Below, in pieces: positions 1-44,860 of a DNA stretch of 64,000 nt. The notes under the pieces are model-generated. The model had not been told where the DNA came from, searched no databases, and saw only the letters and a list, made by a program, of their open reading frames with translations. The stretch lies in assembly GCA_030390025.1 (NCBI GenBank), contig CM059435.1:14446001-14510000 (forward strand), in the 5' to 3' direction. Source of the stretch: Squalus acanthias (lineage: Eukaryota). Positions within the stretch are counted from its first letter, which is position 1. Each line of letters opens with the position of its first letter. Position numbers and translations under genes: made by a program.

Positions 1-236
1 CCTGATCACCGCTTTGACCCTGTCCCGATCACCCCCTCTTCTGGTCGCTCTCCCAAAACACACCTGAGGGCTGTTGTCGGTGCCCAGCAGCCCCAAAATC
101 AAATGTCCTTCGCCGACGAGCTGGCTGGGGATGCCTTGCAGGTGTCCGCAGCTCGCCAATCTGATATACACGATATTGTGCCTCGGGCCTACTCGCAGGG
201 ATCGGACTGCCGGCACGAACCAATTTCTAGGCCCAT
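1..236. mobile_element. Right end of a GC-rich TIR-bounded non-autonomous DNA element (partial)
   Basis: CpG-rich; ends in ccaatttctaggccca, resembling the terminus at 1843-1857. Confidence 0.4.
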
Positions 237-339
237 TTCTTTTCATTTACATGATCCAAGATCAAACTTTGAAAAGGTGCAAGAGAGATAGTACATCTTC
301 AGCATGGACAATCTAACGCAAAGCACAAGCTGCTCTTAC

Positions 340-31488
<31,149 letters not shown>

Positions 31489-33829
31489 CTTAAACACATA
31501 TCAGCGACTGTGAAACAAAACTGAAGAGGTAAGGACTCAACTCAAATACTATCCCTCTTTAGAAGAGGTCACTGATTAGAAGAATCTTTCTTATCCAGTA
31601 ACAAATTACTGTAACAAGTTTTAAAAAAAATCATTCTGAAAACACACACCAATAGCTTTATACGTTGGATCATGCAAGTACTAGAACAGTGGGATATCTA
31701 ATGTACCAATATGATTAATTTTAAATAAAAAACTATGCGTAATAATGGCTTTCACATTGTGCCACCTCTGCAGAGGCATTCAGTGCGTCATTTTCCATTT
31801 GTCCTGCACGTGACCCTCATTTCCTTTCAATTTTGAAAGAAATGGTTGGTTGACATTAAAGATGACACAGTTGCTTTGTTCCAGTTCTTACACAATTTGC
31901 ATAAACAACTCTGACAGATGATATAAGAAGTGTGCATTTCAGGCTATCTGATTTAATACTGGAACTAATTACACCTCACTGAGGAATGTGTGTGAATGCA
32001 TATGTACAAAGAACGTAAAAATCCATACAGATCTCAGCCTGTGCTGGTTGCATTGGGATTCCGGCTACAGTTAAATGTGGCCTGAATTCATGGCCAGGGT
32101 CCAACTGGACACCAAGGGATGCAGTGAGACTCCCTAGGGGAAAAGATTTCATTCTGCGTTCCTTCAGGAGTCAACTCTGGCGTTAACAGCCAATTAAAAC
32201 TACACAAGTTTGGCATTGGTGTAACGCCAAAATCACTTCACACCAATACTAAACATAGTGCAGATGCACCCTTAGAAAATACTCAATAAGGAGCCTCTGA
32301 AGATAACCAAAGCACAACAGCAAATGCAAAAGTTGTAATAATTTTCACTGTTCCAAGGTTGCCAACAGTTGCAATTCACAGAATTTGTTTAAAATGTTAC
32401 AATTCATGTGGGAAAGTTTCTATGTTTAAATTGCCTGCATAAATCATGAACTCAAACAAATTCCACAACACAGAGGGTTAGGGGTGAATCACAAGGGTTG
32501 GTATAAACCAAAGCCATGCCCACCAGTGAATTGGATGAAGATGGGCTATGCCACATCAAGGTATACCCTCCCCAAAAGGAATCGCTATCTTGCCAGGCTG
32601 GTAGCCTCGTATAAGATTCTGACTGGGGTGGCACAACGGTCAACACTAAAGCCAGACCTCTGGTCCTGCAAGTAGCTGAAGTTCCTCCTCAATATTCTGC
32701 ATCAATCCAAAAAGTCTGCATCAAATACAGCCAGCACAGCTTTTCAAACACTTCTCCTTCTGAAGCCATCTTCCTGACAGTGTCATCATCTTGACACCTG
32801 TTTCTTATACACAGAAGTTCACGGCAATAACCCCATCTGGTGCTGAAATAGGATTGTTGGAGTAGCATTTGACTTTAAGAAAACAGTGTTTGCGCTGTGG
32901 CACAGTCTATCTTTATTTCCTGCAAACACCAAGATCAGTTTAACGAGTCAGCATCAGCTCTCTTGATACAGTCTCCAGCATCGTCTCCAGCATCATCACA
33001 AGATATATAAATATATTTAAAATAAATATATATATATATGAAGTAAAAAGTTTAAAAAAAAACACTGCAAGAGCACCCATTGCCCTTTTTATAGGTAGCA
33101 AGTACTGCATTAACCAGATTTTCTTAAAATTTTAACTACTGTTGGTTAGTTAAAGAGTAATTTTTCTTATTTGCTGGAAACAGTTGCTTTTCCCCCATTT
33201 TGCTGCTTAGTTGTCTGGGAGGGAACCCTGTGATGGTTAAGCAGAACTTCCTGTAAACAAGGGACGGAAGTTGAAGTTTTTTTCTCCCTGTAGCACTGGC
33301 AGATTCACTCAACTAAACCAGTTGAAACCAAAACAAAAGAACGTTCAAATCTCACATCCAGCCAGTTTAAAATAATTTGTCGAGCATGTTTAGATTCATT
33401 ACCGAATTTGATTTTCTGGTTCATAAATATGAAAACCCTTCTTAAAAAAAAATGGTAACAGCAAAGGAAAATGGTTCGTGCAGTAATTTTCATTGTCTTG
33501 CACACAATCCTGTGCATGTGTGATAATGGAGTATTGAAAAATTAGACCCAACCAAACATAGAGCCATTAGCTTTATATAAAAACTGGGTAAAATAATGGA
33601 AACTACACTACGGTGTAGGTTGGAGGCATACCGGTGTTGCAACAGCTTAATAAGTAACTAGGGTGTTTGTATAACAATAGCTTAATAAGTAACAGCATGG
33701 AGTTAGCAGGAAAAGTTCTTGCTCGACAGACCTCCTCAGCTTCTTTGCGAATGTTAACATAGATATCGGAAGGGGCTATGATGTAGTTTATTTCAGCTTC
33801 TAGAAAACTTTTAATGAAGTCTTGCATCA

Positions 33830-35070
33830 AAGACTACATGGGAATTCAGAGTAGAATTATGTGACTGGATAAGAACTCTGATCAATAAAATAGGAAAGAT
33901 ATAGTTAGAGGCATACTGTTAGGCCAGGGGAGATGTGATAATGTGGAGTATTACAGAGGTCAGTGCTTGGACCTTTGATATTTCTTATTTACATAAATGT
34001 CCTGAGTGAAGCAACCGATTGTAAGCGCATGACTTTTGCAAACAGTACTAAAATGGGGAGCGCAGTAAGAACCATGAATGCAGTTAAGATTTTGCAGAAG
34101 GATTTAGACATTTTTGCAACTATACCAATGAATGGGAAATTAAAATTTAATATTGACAAATGTGAACTATTACATATTGGAAGAATAGGCAACAACGGTA
34201 TACAATGAAGGGAGTAGTATTAATAAAAGTAAACTTTGAAAGAGACCTGGGAGTGATAATAGATTTCTCACTTACAATGCAACGACAATGGAGTGCTCCT
34301 CCAGGTTCCACAAGAATCAAGTGGGGCGCTGCTGCCTTGCATTTCCCCCCCTCTGCAACCGCCTGCCCCCCACCACCACCCTCCTATTTGGGGCATGCAG
34401 CTTACTGGTGGCCTGTTAATGAGGCCCGGGCCTCAAAATGGCTTAGGACTCCCACTGGTTGACCACCCGAAAGTTACGATCTACTGCGGTGTGGAGAAGC
34501 AATGAAATAAGAAAACAGAATGCTTGGACGCATAGCCAGAGCAGTGGAGTAGAAGAGTACAGAAGTTATGCTGAAACTTCATATTGCATCTCAATCAGAC
34601 TGCTCTTAGCATACTGTGTGTTATTCTAGTTGCCACACTTCAATACGGGCATAAATGCATTCGAAAGGGTGCAAAGAAGAGCAATAACATTGATCACAAG
34701 TATAGAAGGAATGGACAACGAGGGATGATTATAAAAGCTTAAGCTCTACCACCTAGAAAGAAGGTTAAGGGAGGACATTAGGGAGGCCTATATACAGTTC
34801 CAAAAAGCATAGATAAGGTGAACCCAGAATAATGTTTTGCCAGTCAGGTCATTAAAGCACAAATTTTAATTATTGAAAAATAAATTAGAAACAAATCTTA
34901 AAATATTACTCAAGAGTGTGATAAATATTTGGCATAATCTGCCAGCTAAGTAGGGGAATCAACGGTATTGGAGGAGTTCGAGAGGTGGTTGCATGCTGGG
35001 TTGGATAAGTTGAAATACAAGAGGAAGAAGCTGGATGGGTTGAAGGACCTTGACTTTTTCTTATGTTCTT
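33830..35070 (+). mobile_element. Old CR1 LINE fragment (RT to 3' end) with an internal insertion at about 34295-34480
   Basis: LGPLIFLIYINVL...FANSTK...LQKDLD...KFNIDKCELLHIG; ERDLGVIID. Confidence 0.75.
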
Positions 35071-35575
35071 AAAATACCCCATGTCAGTCTCAAAATCATA
35101 CTGATCAGTTATGATCATCCCCAATATATAGACAGTAGGCAGTGACTGGAAGTTCTCCTTCAAACCAGCAGATTCCAGAATAGAGACGTCAAGGTCACGT
35201 AAAGACCTGCCTCCTCCATCCCATTTTCAGATTCCTATGCAAGTAATTATGCTTTGCCCTTCAGATCGAGTCTCCAAACGTAGAGACGGTAGGCTTCTAA
35301 AACCACATTTAAAACAAGAAAATTGACAAATAACCATAAAACTTTTTCAGTCACAAAAACTTGCAGAACAGAAATACTTGATATGGTCAGCTTCCACACG
35401 CAAGCTGATAATACCCAGTTCTATCTTTTGACTACCGCCGTACTGTCAAGACTGCTTGCCTAACAGCAAGTCCTGGATGAGTCACAACTTCCTCCAGTTC
35501 GGCCCCCAAGGCAAACTCTGCTTCCTTATCACGGATTCCATCTCCCTGCCCGACCATATTCTGAGGCTGAATCAG

Positions 35576-35712
35576 ACCATTCCGATGAAAGGTCCAAACC
35601 CGAAATGTCAATTTGTCTGTTCTCTCCACAGATTCTGCCTGACCTGCTTAGCATTTCCAGTATTTTCTGTTTTTGTTTCAGATTTCCAGCATCAGCAGAT
35701 TTTTGCTTTTTA
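35576..35712 (+). mobile_element. Degraded Penelope-like terminal fragment (hammerhead core mutated)
   Basis: tccgatgaaaggtcc...cccgaaatgtcaa...tctctccacagattctgcctgacctgct. Confidence 0.6.
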
Positions 35713-35720
35713 TGAAAATT

Positions 35721-36084
35721 AAGAACATAAGAAATAGGAACAGGAGTAGGCCATTTGGTCCTTCGAGCCTGCTCTGCCATTCAATAAGATCATGGCTGAT
35801 CTTCTACCTCATCTCCATTTTCCTGCACTATCCCCATATCCCTTGATTCCCTTAATATTCAAAAATCTATCGATCTCTGTCTTGAATACACTCAACGACT
35901 GAGCCTCCACAGCCCTCTGGGGTAGAGAATTCCAAAGATTCACCACCCTGAGTGAAGAAATTTCTTCTCATCTCAGTCCTAAATGGCCGACCCCTTATTC
36001 TGAGACGGTGACCCCTGGTTCTCGACTCCCCAGCCAGGAGAAACATCCTCCCAGCATCTACCCTGTCAAGCCCTGTAAGAATTA
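35721..36084 (-). mobile_element. CR1 LINE 3' end
   Basis: aagaacataagaaataggaacaggagtaggccatt tail; related to the reverse complement of 54120-54455. Confidence 0.8.
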
Positions 36085-37884
36085 AGTGTCCTATTCAACC
36101 CTGAACTACCCCACATCCTATCCATCACTAAGACCACCTATTTCTACCTCTGGAACACTACCTACCAGGTCCTGTGCCTGAGGCCCTCCACCACTGTAAC
36201 CCTTATACATGCCTTTGTCACCTCTAGACCCTAAGGCACTCAAAATAGGTCAGTCTTAATGCTTGAAGCACTTATCAGAAGTAATGCTAATTGTACAGAA
36301 TGATATTCATTCAACAAGGAAATAGTTAAAAGTAATAGTTATAACATGGTGCAAACTACATGCAGTTGCTGCCTATTCAGTACGCAAAGAGTTAACAGTG
36401 TTTAAATCACAGCCTTTCTTCTCAAGATGCCTCCCTCCCCCTCTGGTTTAGCAAGCAGTCTAGGAAATGCAGCTGTTATTTTCCAGACTCAGTTCATTTT
36501 TTATTATTCTGTTGATCATGCTGCCTACTCCATTTATGCTGTCATGAGCTCAACTCCCCAGTGAGCCTGGCAGTGTAATTTTTAAGATGTGCCAAGGCAG
36601 TGCTTTGGTGCTCTAAATCACTGTGCGATGCAATACTAGGATACCAGTTTTGTGTTGATAATTCCCCATGTGGCAAGTTCCTACCTCCCGTGTACCAACG
36701 AGGGAGATACGGAGAGAAGACCAAGCAGCTTTCCCTAGGAAGAAATAGGACAGCAAGGTACCATGTACCTCCCTCATTCAATTTCTGGTGGCTAGCTCAA
36801 AACAGACATGGTCAGAGGCTTGAGGAATGGTGCCCCATGATGGCAGAAGATTTAAAGATAAACAAAAAATTGTTTACATTTAATGGTTTAAATCTGAATA
36901 AAGTAATTTTGGCAATGTATGTAACTGCACAAGTGAGGTACACTGATTTAGTGAATTATTCATCCCTATTTCAGAATTATTCCACATCAGTCTTTCTCAT
37001 GTTTAGTGCAATGTTAGTGATATGTCAACAGCAGAAACACACCTGTGTCAATTAATGCCCTGACGGTGCTGGGCATCCTTTAGTCTGAGGAAGAATTCCA
37101 AAGTGCAGCAGCGAAGAGCAGGATCGGAACATCAGTCTCTGCATGCTTGGTACTAACACACTGCACCACCTAGCTATACAATGCAACTTTAAAAAAAACT
37201 TTTGACTATTAATCATCAATGAGAATCCTTCAATCTCCCTCTTTTAGGTTGGATCTAAACCAGTCTCGAAAAGTGAAAGAAAAGACTCCGTAGAGGCCTT
37301 CAATCCTCAATATAATTTCTAATTAGAACATCTATGTAAAAAAAAAACTTGATATTTTAATTTGACCAGTAAGATGTTATTTTCTGCTTATTAGACACCT
37401 AATTAGCTTAACATTAATAACTATAATTCAGATTTAATGTTTTAATTCCAAAGCCATTTATATAAAATAAGGTCATGAAACTTTAATTACTGCTCCTTGC
37501 GTTAGAAACACTAACACTAAACACAGCAGATGTGGGTTAGCAGCATGGCTTTTACAGCACAGTATAAAAGAACAGCGTGGCTCAAAAAAATAACCACGGG
37601 TTCTTCATGCAAACCACTAATTAAAAATGCTGCAGTAACGACCTGTATCAATCAAACTCAAAATCATAATTACTACAGTGCTAATATTTTCCCCAACTCT
37701 TTGGTGAGAATCTATGAAGAATTATTTAGATACTAATATGTTGCAAATGGAGACTACTTGGGGCTTGTATTAAAAGAAACTCCGAGGGACCACAAAACGT
37801 CATTCCAAACTTAAAGTAGTTTTCCCGTTTAAACATTTAAACTGTTGATAAGGTCATAAACACCGACAGCATCTGTTTAAACAC

Positions 37885-38625
37885 TAACAATAACTTGCAT
37901 TTATATAGCACCTTTAACGTAGTAAAACATCCCAAGACGCTTCACAGGAGTATTATAAAACAAAAATTGACACCAAGGCAAAGGAGGAGACATTAGGACA
38001 GGTGAAAGAGTTAGGTTTTAAGAAGCATCTTAAAAGGAGAGGGAGGTGGAAGGGATTAGGGAGGGAATTCCAGAACTTAGGGCTGGTAGGGCTGAAGGCA
38101 GGCCAAAAGAAGTGGGGAATGCACAAGAGGCCAGAGTTAGAGGAACTCAGAGTTCTTGGGGGCTTTGTAGGGCTGGAGGAGGTTACAGAGATAGGGAGGG
38201 ATGAGGCTATGGAAGGATTTGAACACAAGGATGAGAATTTTAAAATCGAGCCGTTGGTGGACCCGGAGCTAATGTAGATCATCAGCGAACACAGGAGTGA
38301 TGGGTGAACAGGATTTGGTGTAAGTTAGGATGTGTGTAGCAGAGTTTTAGATGAGCTTAATTTCATGGGGGGTGGAAGATGGGAGGCTGGCCAGGAAAGC
38401 ATTGGAATAGTTGAGTCTGGAGGTAACAATTGCACAAATGTGATATGGAGTTATTATAGAGATGGAAGTAGGCGTTTTTTGCGATGGAGAGGATATGGGG
38501 TCGGAACCTCAGCTTAGGGACAAATAGAAGTCCGAGGCTGCAAACAGTCTGGGTCAGCCTGAGACAGTGGCCAGGGAGGGTAATGGAATCGGTGGCTAGG
38601 GAACGGAGTTCGTGGTAGGGGCCAC
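37885..38625 (-). mobile_element. L2 LINE 3' fragment with internal deletions
   Basis: Colinear with 41438-42250. Confidence 0.8.
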
Positions 38626-40628
38626 AGCACCAGAATCTTTACTCTCTGATAAACTTTAGCAAGAATGATTTTTCATCTTATTTTCTAACATGTTTTTAAT
38701 CTTCAATGCTCACTGTACTCCAAAGCCACCTGCTATTCATCAGCTAAGTGGATGAGCAAGCAACCTGCTCCTGAGCCTCTCCAATGCTGCTCTCAATTCA
38801 GATACTGTAAGGTGTAGTAGATAGTTTGCTTTTTCAAATTGTAATTGTTCCTTGGTTGCAATATATAAAGATGCGTTACACTAGCAGATGTTCATGGTGT
38901 TGCTCCCAGGTAGTCTGCAGTGTGGACAATAGGTGCGCTGCATTTTAACATCACTCACCAAGTACACCCTATAGAAATCCAGGTAATTGTAGCCGAGATC
39001 AATTAGAGATCAGTAAATCACTTATAAATTTCAGGCTCTAGGACACTGAATGTCTTTCTTTGTAAGATTGTTTTGTACCCACTTCAAAGTGTAATGTGGA
39101 ATATGACAGATACATGCCATTTTTGTATTTATCTATTACATATTTAAAAAGGTGAGTGGTCTCAGGATTCTACAAGTACTGCACCAGCAGGCGTCATGGT
39201 CAACGTACAGCTTAGTAACAAATTAAAAACAATGGGGTACCCCTTAACATTACGTGACAGCCCAAATCACTCTCTAAGTAAGTTATATGCATTCATCCCA
39301 GAAAAGAATCAGTGGCTGTGGAATAAAAGACCGTCAAAAACGACAGTAATGATAAAACACATGACCAAGCACAATACATTAATCCTTTAAATTGAAATGA
39401 AATATAAAAACATTTTGTGAGAAGTGCATTCGTGAATGACTAAAGGAATTCAATTCATTGGATGCTGAAAGGTGGAACCAAGCAGGAAACTAAATGAAGT
39501 AGAGACGTAAACGGGACCTCGAAGGCCAGCAAAAAAAGGCGAAAAGTAATACATTTCCAACTGGGCAAAAAGCCGATTGTCAGGAGCGTAACAGGGGTAG
39601 ATGGCAAGTAAAGTTGTGCAAATGAAAAGCAATGCCAAAGTCATGCAAGCAGCTGAACGGAAAGTGGTACCAAGTTGATGAGTGGTAGAGCCACACGTTA
39701 AGTAAATATTTGACACTCCCCTGCCATGTAAACACAGACCCAATATCCACCAGCTCCCCACAACGCAGCATATATCAAGACCCCTCATACCCCACAAAAT
39801 GAACAGAAACGAAGAACTCAAAAATTCCTGAGGAAAATGTCTGAAAGACAGAGTCCAAGAAGTCTGAAACCCTAGTGCAAGTCCCTGAATCTGAGGAAAA
39901 TGATCGACAAAACCAAAAGCTTCTCACCCCTCACCAATAAGTATTTCCCCCCTCGCAACTGAGTAGGATTAATGGATTCCCACCCAGCCCCCTCCCAATG
40001 AGCACCAAGTTGTGGATTACATCATTCCACCACTACATGCTCAAATTCCCATTCATTCACAATTAGCTGCATTTCCCTTCCAACACCCTCTCCTCCCCGC
40101 TGGCTGCATTTCCTGTTCCAATCCACCAGCAAGCGGACGATCCTTTTCCCCGCCAACCCCCTGCTGCTGAAGTACCCTCGATCACCTTTCATTCTCCCTT
40201 TCACAGTAAGCTCCCCAACAGTATTTCCAATCCAGTTTCCCACCCACTCCCCCAATGGCTGTATTTCTTCTCTCATGCCTCAATCCCCCTACCCCTGCTG
40301 ATCTGAATTCCTCTTTGTCAGCACACCCATCCTCCCCCTCCGCTCTCAGTATCTTCACCTTTCCCAGTTTTCCCCCTCCCTGCTCCCTCTTCTCATTTCT
40401 CTCTCTCCCTTGCCTCCACTTCCTATTTGCCTCCTCCTTTTACCTCCTCCACATTTGTTCCATTATCCAGCACCCTCTAAATCTGCTTGTGATGAAAAAT
40501 TTGCAATGGACTGGATTACCCATGTGCACCACAGGAGATTGACTAGTAAAATACTAAAAACAGTGAGTGGTCTCAGGATTGCAAAAGTATTGCACCTGTA
40601 GGTGGTAATGTGAATGTAACGTTCTTTG

Positions 40629-41080
40629 AGAAAGAAAGACTTGCATTTCTATAGCACCTTTCACTACCACCGGACATACCAAAGCGCTTCACAGCCAATG
40701 AAGTACATATTGAAGTGTAGTCACTGTTGCAATGTAGGAAACGCGGCAGCCAATTTGGGCACAGCATGCTCCCACAAACAGCAATGTGATAATGACCAGA
40801 AAATCTGTTTTAGTGATGTTGATTGAGGGATAAATATTAGCTTGGACACTGGGGATAACTCCCCTGCTCTTCTTCGAAACAGTGCCATAGGATCTTTTAC
40901 GTCCACCTGAGGGGGCAGACAGGGCCTCAGTTTAACGTCTCATCTGAAAGATGGCACCTCCGACAGTGCAGCATTCCCTCAGTATAGCCCAGATTTTTGT
41001 GCTCAAGTCTCTGGAGTGGAATTTGAACCCACAACCTTCTGACTCAGGTGAGGGTTCTACCAACTGAGCCACGGCTGACA
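40629..41080 (-). mobile_element. DeuSINE (SacSINE1-like), near full length
   Basis: tRNA-like head (A box TGGCTCAGTTGG, B box GTTCAAATT), Deu domain and L2-like tail. Confidence 0.85.
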
Positions 41081-41437
41081 CTCCTGTTGAGACCACTGAG
41101 GGCAAGGGGGGGGGGGGGGGGGGGGCAAGTGATTGAGAACAACGAGCAGCACCTAACATTACATGCAGGCACTAATTGATCCCTTTATGATCAACCAGTG
41201 CTACTTTCTCTTAAATAAAATCATGATTGCAAAAACCAGCAAACTGAACGAGAGTACTGTAAAACAACCTGTGCTGTCCGAATGTGATACACGCATCATC
41301 TGAACAAAAGGAATTTTGCAAAAGCAAAGGCACATCTGTTAAGAGGCAGCCTACAAATTTTATAAAGGGAGCCCTGCAAGTCAGAAACATTCAAAACTGG
41401 AAAAATGCATGACCAAAAACACAACTTTGGATCTATT

Positions 41438-44400
41438 ACAACAACAACTTGTATTTATATAGCACCTTTAACGCAGTAAAACGTCCCAAGGCGCTGCACA
41501 GGAGTATTTTAAGACAAAAAATTTGACACCAATCCACATGAGGATAAATTAGGGCAGATGACCAAAAGCTTGGTCAAAGAGGTAGGTTTTAAGGAGCGTC
41601 TTAAAGGAGAAAAGAGAGGTAGCGAGGCGGACAGGGTTAGGCAGGGAATTCCAGAGCTTAGGGCCTAGGCAACAGAAGGCACGGCCACCAAAGGTCGAGC
41701 GATTATAATCAGGGATGCTCAAGAGGGCAGAATTAGAGGAGCGCAGATATCTCGGGGGGTTGTGGGGCTGGAGGAGATTACAGAGATAGGACGGGACGAG
41801 GCCATGGAGGGATTTGAAAACAAGGATGAGAATTTTGAAATCGAGGCGCTGCTTAACTGGAAGCCAATGTAGGTTAGCGAGCACAGGGGTGATGGGCGAA
41901 CGGGACTTAGTGCGAGTTAGGACAAGGGCAGCTGAGTTTTGGATGACCTCAAGTTTACGTAGGGTGGAATGTGGGAGGCCAGCCAGGAGTGCGTTGGAAT
42001 AGTCAAGTCTAGAGGTAACAAAGGCATGGATGAGGGTTTCAGCAGCGGATGAGCTGAGGCAAGGGTGGAGACAGGTGATGTTACGGAGGTGGAAGTAGGC
42101 GGTCTTTGTTATGCTGCGGATATGTGGTCGGAAGCTCATTTCAGGGTCAAATATGACACCAAGGTTGCGAACAGTGTGGTTCAGCCTCAGACAGATGCTA
42201 GGGAGAGGGTTGGAGTCAGTGGCTAGGGAACGGAGTTTGTGGCAGGGACCGAAAACAATGGCTTCGGTCTTCCCAATATTTAACTGGAGAAAATTTTGGC
42301 TCATCCAGAACTGTATGTCAGACAAGCAGTCTGACAATTTAGAGACCGTGGAGGGGTCGAGAGAAGAAGTAGTGAGGTAGAGCTGGGTGTCGTCAGCATA
42401 CATGTGGAAACTGATGCTGTGTTTTCGGATGATGTCGCCAAGGGGCAACATATAGATGAGAAATAGGAGGGGGCCAAGGATAGATCCTTGGGGGACACCA
42501 GAGGTAACGATGCGGGAGCGGGAAGAGAAGCCATTGCAGGTGATCCTCTAGTTACAAATAGATAGATAAGAATGGAACCAGGCGAGTGCAGTCCCACCTA
42601 GCTGGATGACGATGGAGAAGTATTGGAGAAGGATGGGGCAGTCAACCGTGTCAAAGGCTGCAGACAAGTCAAGAAGGACGAGGAGGGATAGTTTACCTTT
42701 GTCACAGTCACAAAGGATGTAATTTGTGACTTTGATGAGAGCCGTTTTGGAACTGTGGCAAGGGCGGAAACCTGATTGGAGGGATTCAAACATGGAATTG
42801 CAGGAAAGATGGGCACGGATTTGGGAGGCAACAACACGTTCAAGGACTTGCGAGGAAAGGGAGGTTGGAGACGGGGCAGTAGTTTGCAAGGACGGAGGGA
42901 TCAAGGTTTGTTTTTTGGAGGAGAGGGGTGATGACGGCAGATTTGAGGGAGAGGGGGACAGTATCTGAGGAGAACCGTTAACAATATCAACTAACATGGG
43001 AGCCAGAAAAGGAATTTGGGTGGTCAGCAGTTTGGTCGGAATACAGTCGAGGGAGCAGGAAGTGGGTCGCATGGACAAGATGAGCGCAGAGAGGTCATGA
43101 AGGGAGATTGGAGTGAAACTGGAGAAAGATGTGAGTTCAGGGCTAGGGCAGGGGGGAACCTTAGAGGAAGTTTGGCCCAGTGGGCTAGGGGAAGGAAGGG
43201 AAGTGGCAGTGGCAGCTGAACGGATGGTCTCAATCTTGGAGACAAAGAAGTCCATGAGCTCCTCACATTTGTTATCAGAGGTGAGGGTGGAGAAGACAGG
43301 GGAGAGGGGTTTAAGAAGACGGTTAGCAGTAGAGAATAGGAGCCGGGGTTTATCTTTGCATTCCAGAATGATTCTGGAATAGTGAGCAATTTTGGCAGAC
43401 CCGATAGTGCTTTATGTGGTCCAGCCAGATCTGGCGGTGAATGGCTAAACCAGTTGTCCGCCATATCCGTTCGAGTCTGCGTCCCTTGGACTTAAGGGAG
43501 CGAAGATGAGAGCCGTACCAGGGGGAACAGCCAGGGTGAGAGAGGGTAATTGTTTTAGTAGGGACTAGGGCATCAAAGATAGTGGTGAGGGTGTGGTTGA
43601 GCAGATCGGTAGCTGCAGAAATGTCATGGTGAATGGAGGGCCAGAGGCTGGACAGTTGAGATTTCATAAGTGCAGTTGTAAGAGAGTTGGGAGAGTTTTT
43701 TTTCCAGAAGGATGTAGGTTTGGGGGCGGGGTGGGGGGAGATGGGTGGAAGGGAGATGTGGGTGGAGAGCGATACGAGGAAACAGTCAGTGATGGCCTTA
43801 TCTACAATTGACACAACGGGAGTAGCGAGGCCATGAGAGATGGCAAGGTCGAGGGGGTGGCTGTGAATATGGGTTGGGGAGTTTACATGGAGGGAGAAAT
43901 TAATGGAGGATAGGAGGCTAGTGAACTCCCAGAGGAGATAGAGCATGATGAATTGAGATGGAGGTTGAAATCACCGAGGGTGAGAAGTCGTTCGGTGCAG
44001 AGGCTGAGGGAGGAGAACAGTGAAGATATCTCGGTAATAACATTTTTATGGTACTTGGGTGGGCGGTAGAGAACAAGAATTTTAAATGAGAGGTGAGAGG
44101 GGTGGAATAAGGTGAGATGCTCAAAAGAGGAGAAACTGCCAGAGGAATGGGGGACAGACCAAGGTGTGATTTGGTGATGAGAGCCACACCGCCACCATGG
44201 CGGTCTGAGCAGGGCAAGTGGTGGAAGGTATAGCCAGGTGGGGAGGCTTCATTTAAGGGTAAGGTGTCATCACCCCTCAACCAAGTTTAGGTCAGGGCCA
44301 TGATATCGATGCAGTCATCCACGATAAGCTCATGGTTGGCAAGGGCCTTGTTCGCAAGCGAACGGACATTCTGGAGGGAGATGCGGAGAGGGTCGGTGAT

Positions 44401-44860
44401 GGCTGCCCCACTGCCAGCATCCACAAGGTCAGCACTGGTGGGGGGGGGGGGGGGGATGAGTTGGATGGGGAGGAGATTGGCAAGATTTGCCCCCAGTGGG
44501 CGTGCTGGGCGAGTAGGTCGGTGAGAGAGTAGGATGGGACAGTTGGGGTTGCTGCTCGTAAGGCGGCAGCGACGAGTGCCTCGATGGGCCCTTCGTAGGA
44601 TGCCAAGAGAGGCACAGAGGGAAGCTGTGGGCTTATCTAAGAGGGAGTGAAGCCTGGGACGGCGGCAGGAGAGTAGGAAGGTCGAAGAGTAATGAAGGAT
44701 TGGGGTAGGGATTTGGGAGGGCAGAGTATCAGAGAGGAGAGATGAAAGGAGGTATGACGACAGGAGTGTGCTTTCAGGGAGGGATAGAGAGAAAAGGAAA
44801 ATAGGGGGAAAAAGTGGAATGGCTCGGGTCCGGAGCGGCAGCCAAAGTGCGCACGCGAAT
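41438..44860 (-). mobile_element. Near full-length L2 LINE; APE endonuclease + reverse transcriptase ORF broken by frameshifts and stops
   Basis: EN-like segments (TWLRGDD..., GGGVALI, HPLDLAI); RT motifs QSGFRPCHS, LLVLLDLSAAFDTVD, MYADDTQLY; (GTT)n tail. Confidence 0.92.

Noticed and set aside
36600-37055. 151-aa plus-strand ORF
   Set aside because: Non-ATG start, no recognisable domain, antisense within a probable intron.
40020-40480. C/T-rich tract as a functional element
   Set aside because: Low complexity with no defined unit; the poly-G/C runs at about 17715, 41106 and 44440 are likewise uninformative and error-prone.
41549-42451. 300-aa ORF as a host gene
   Set aside because: It is the RT C-terminal part of a frameshifted L2 element.
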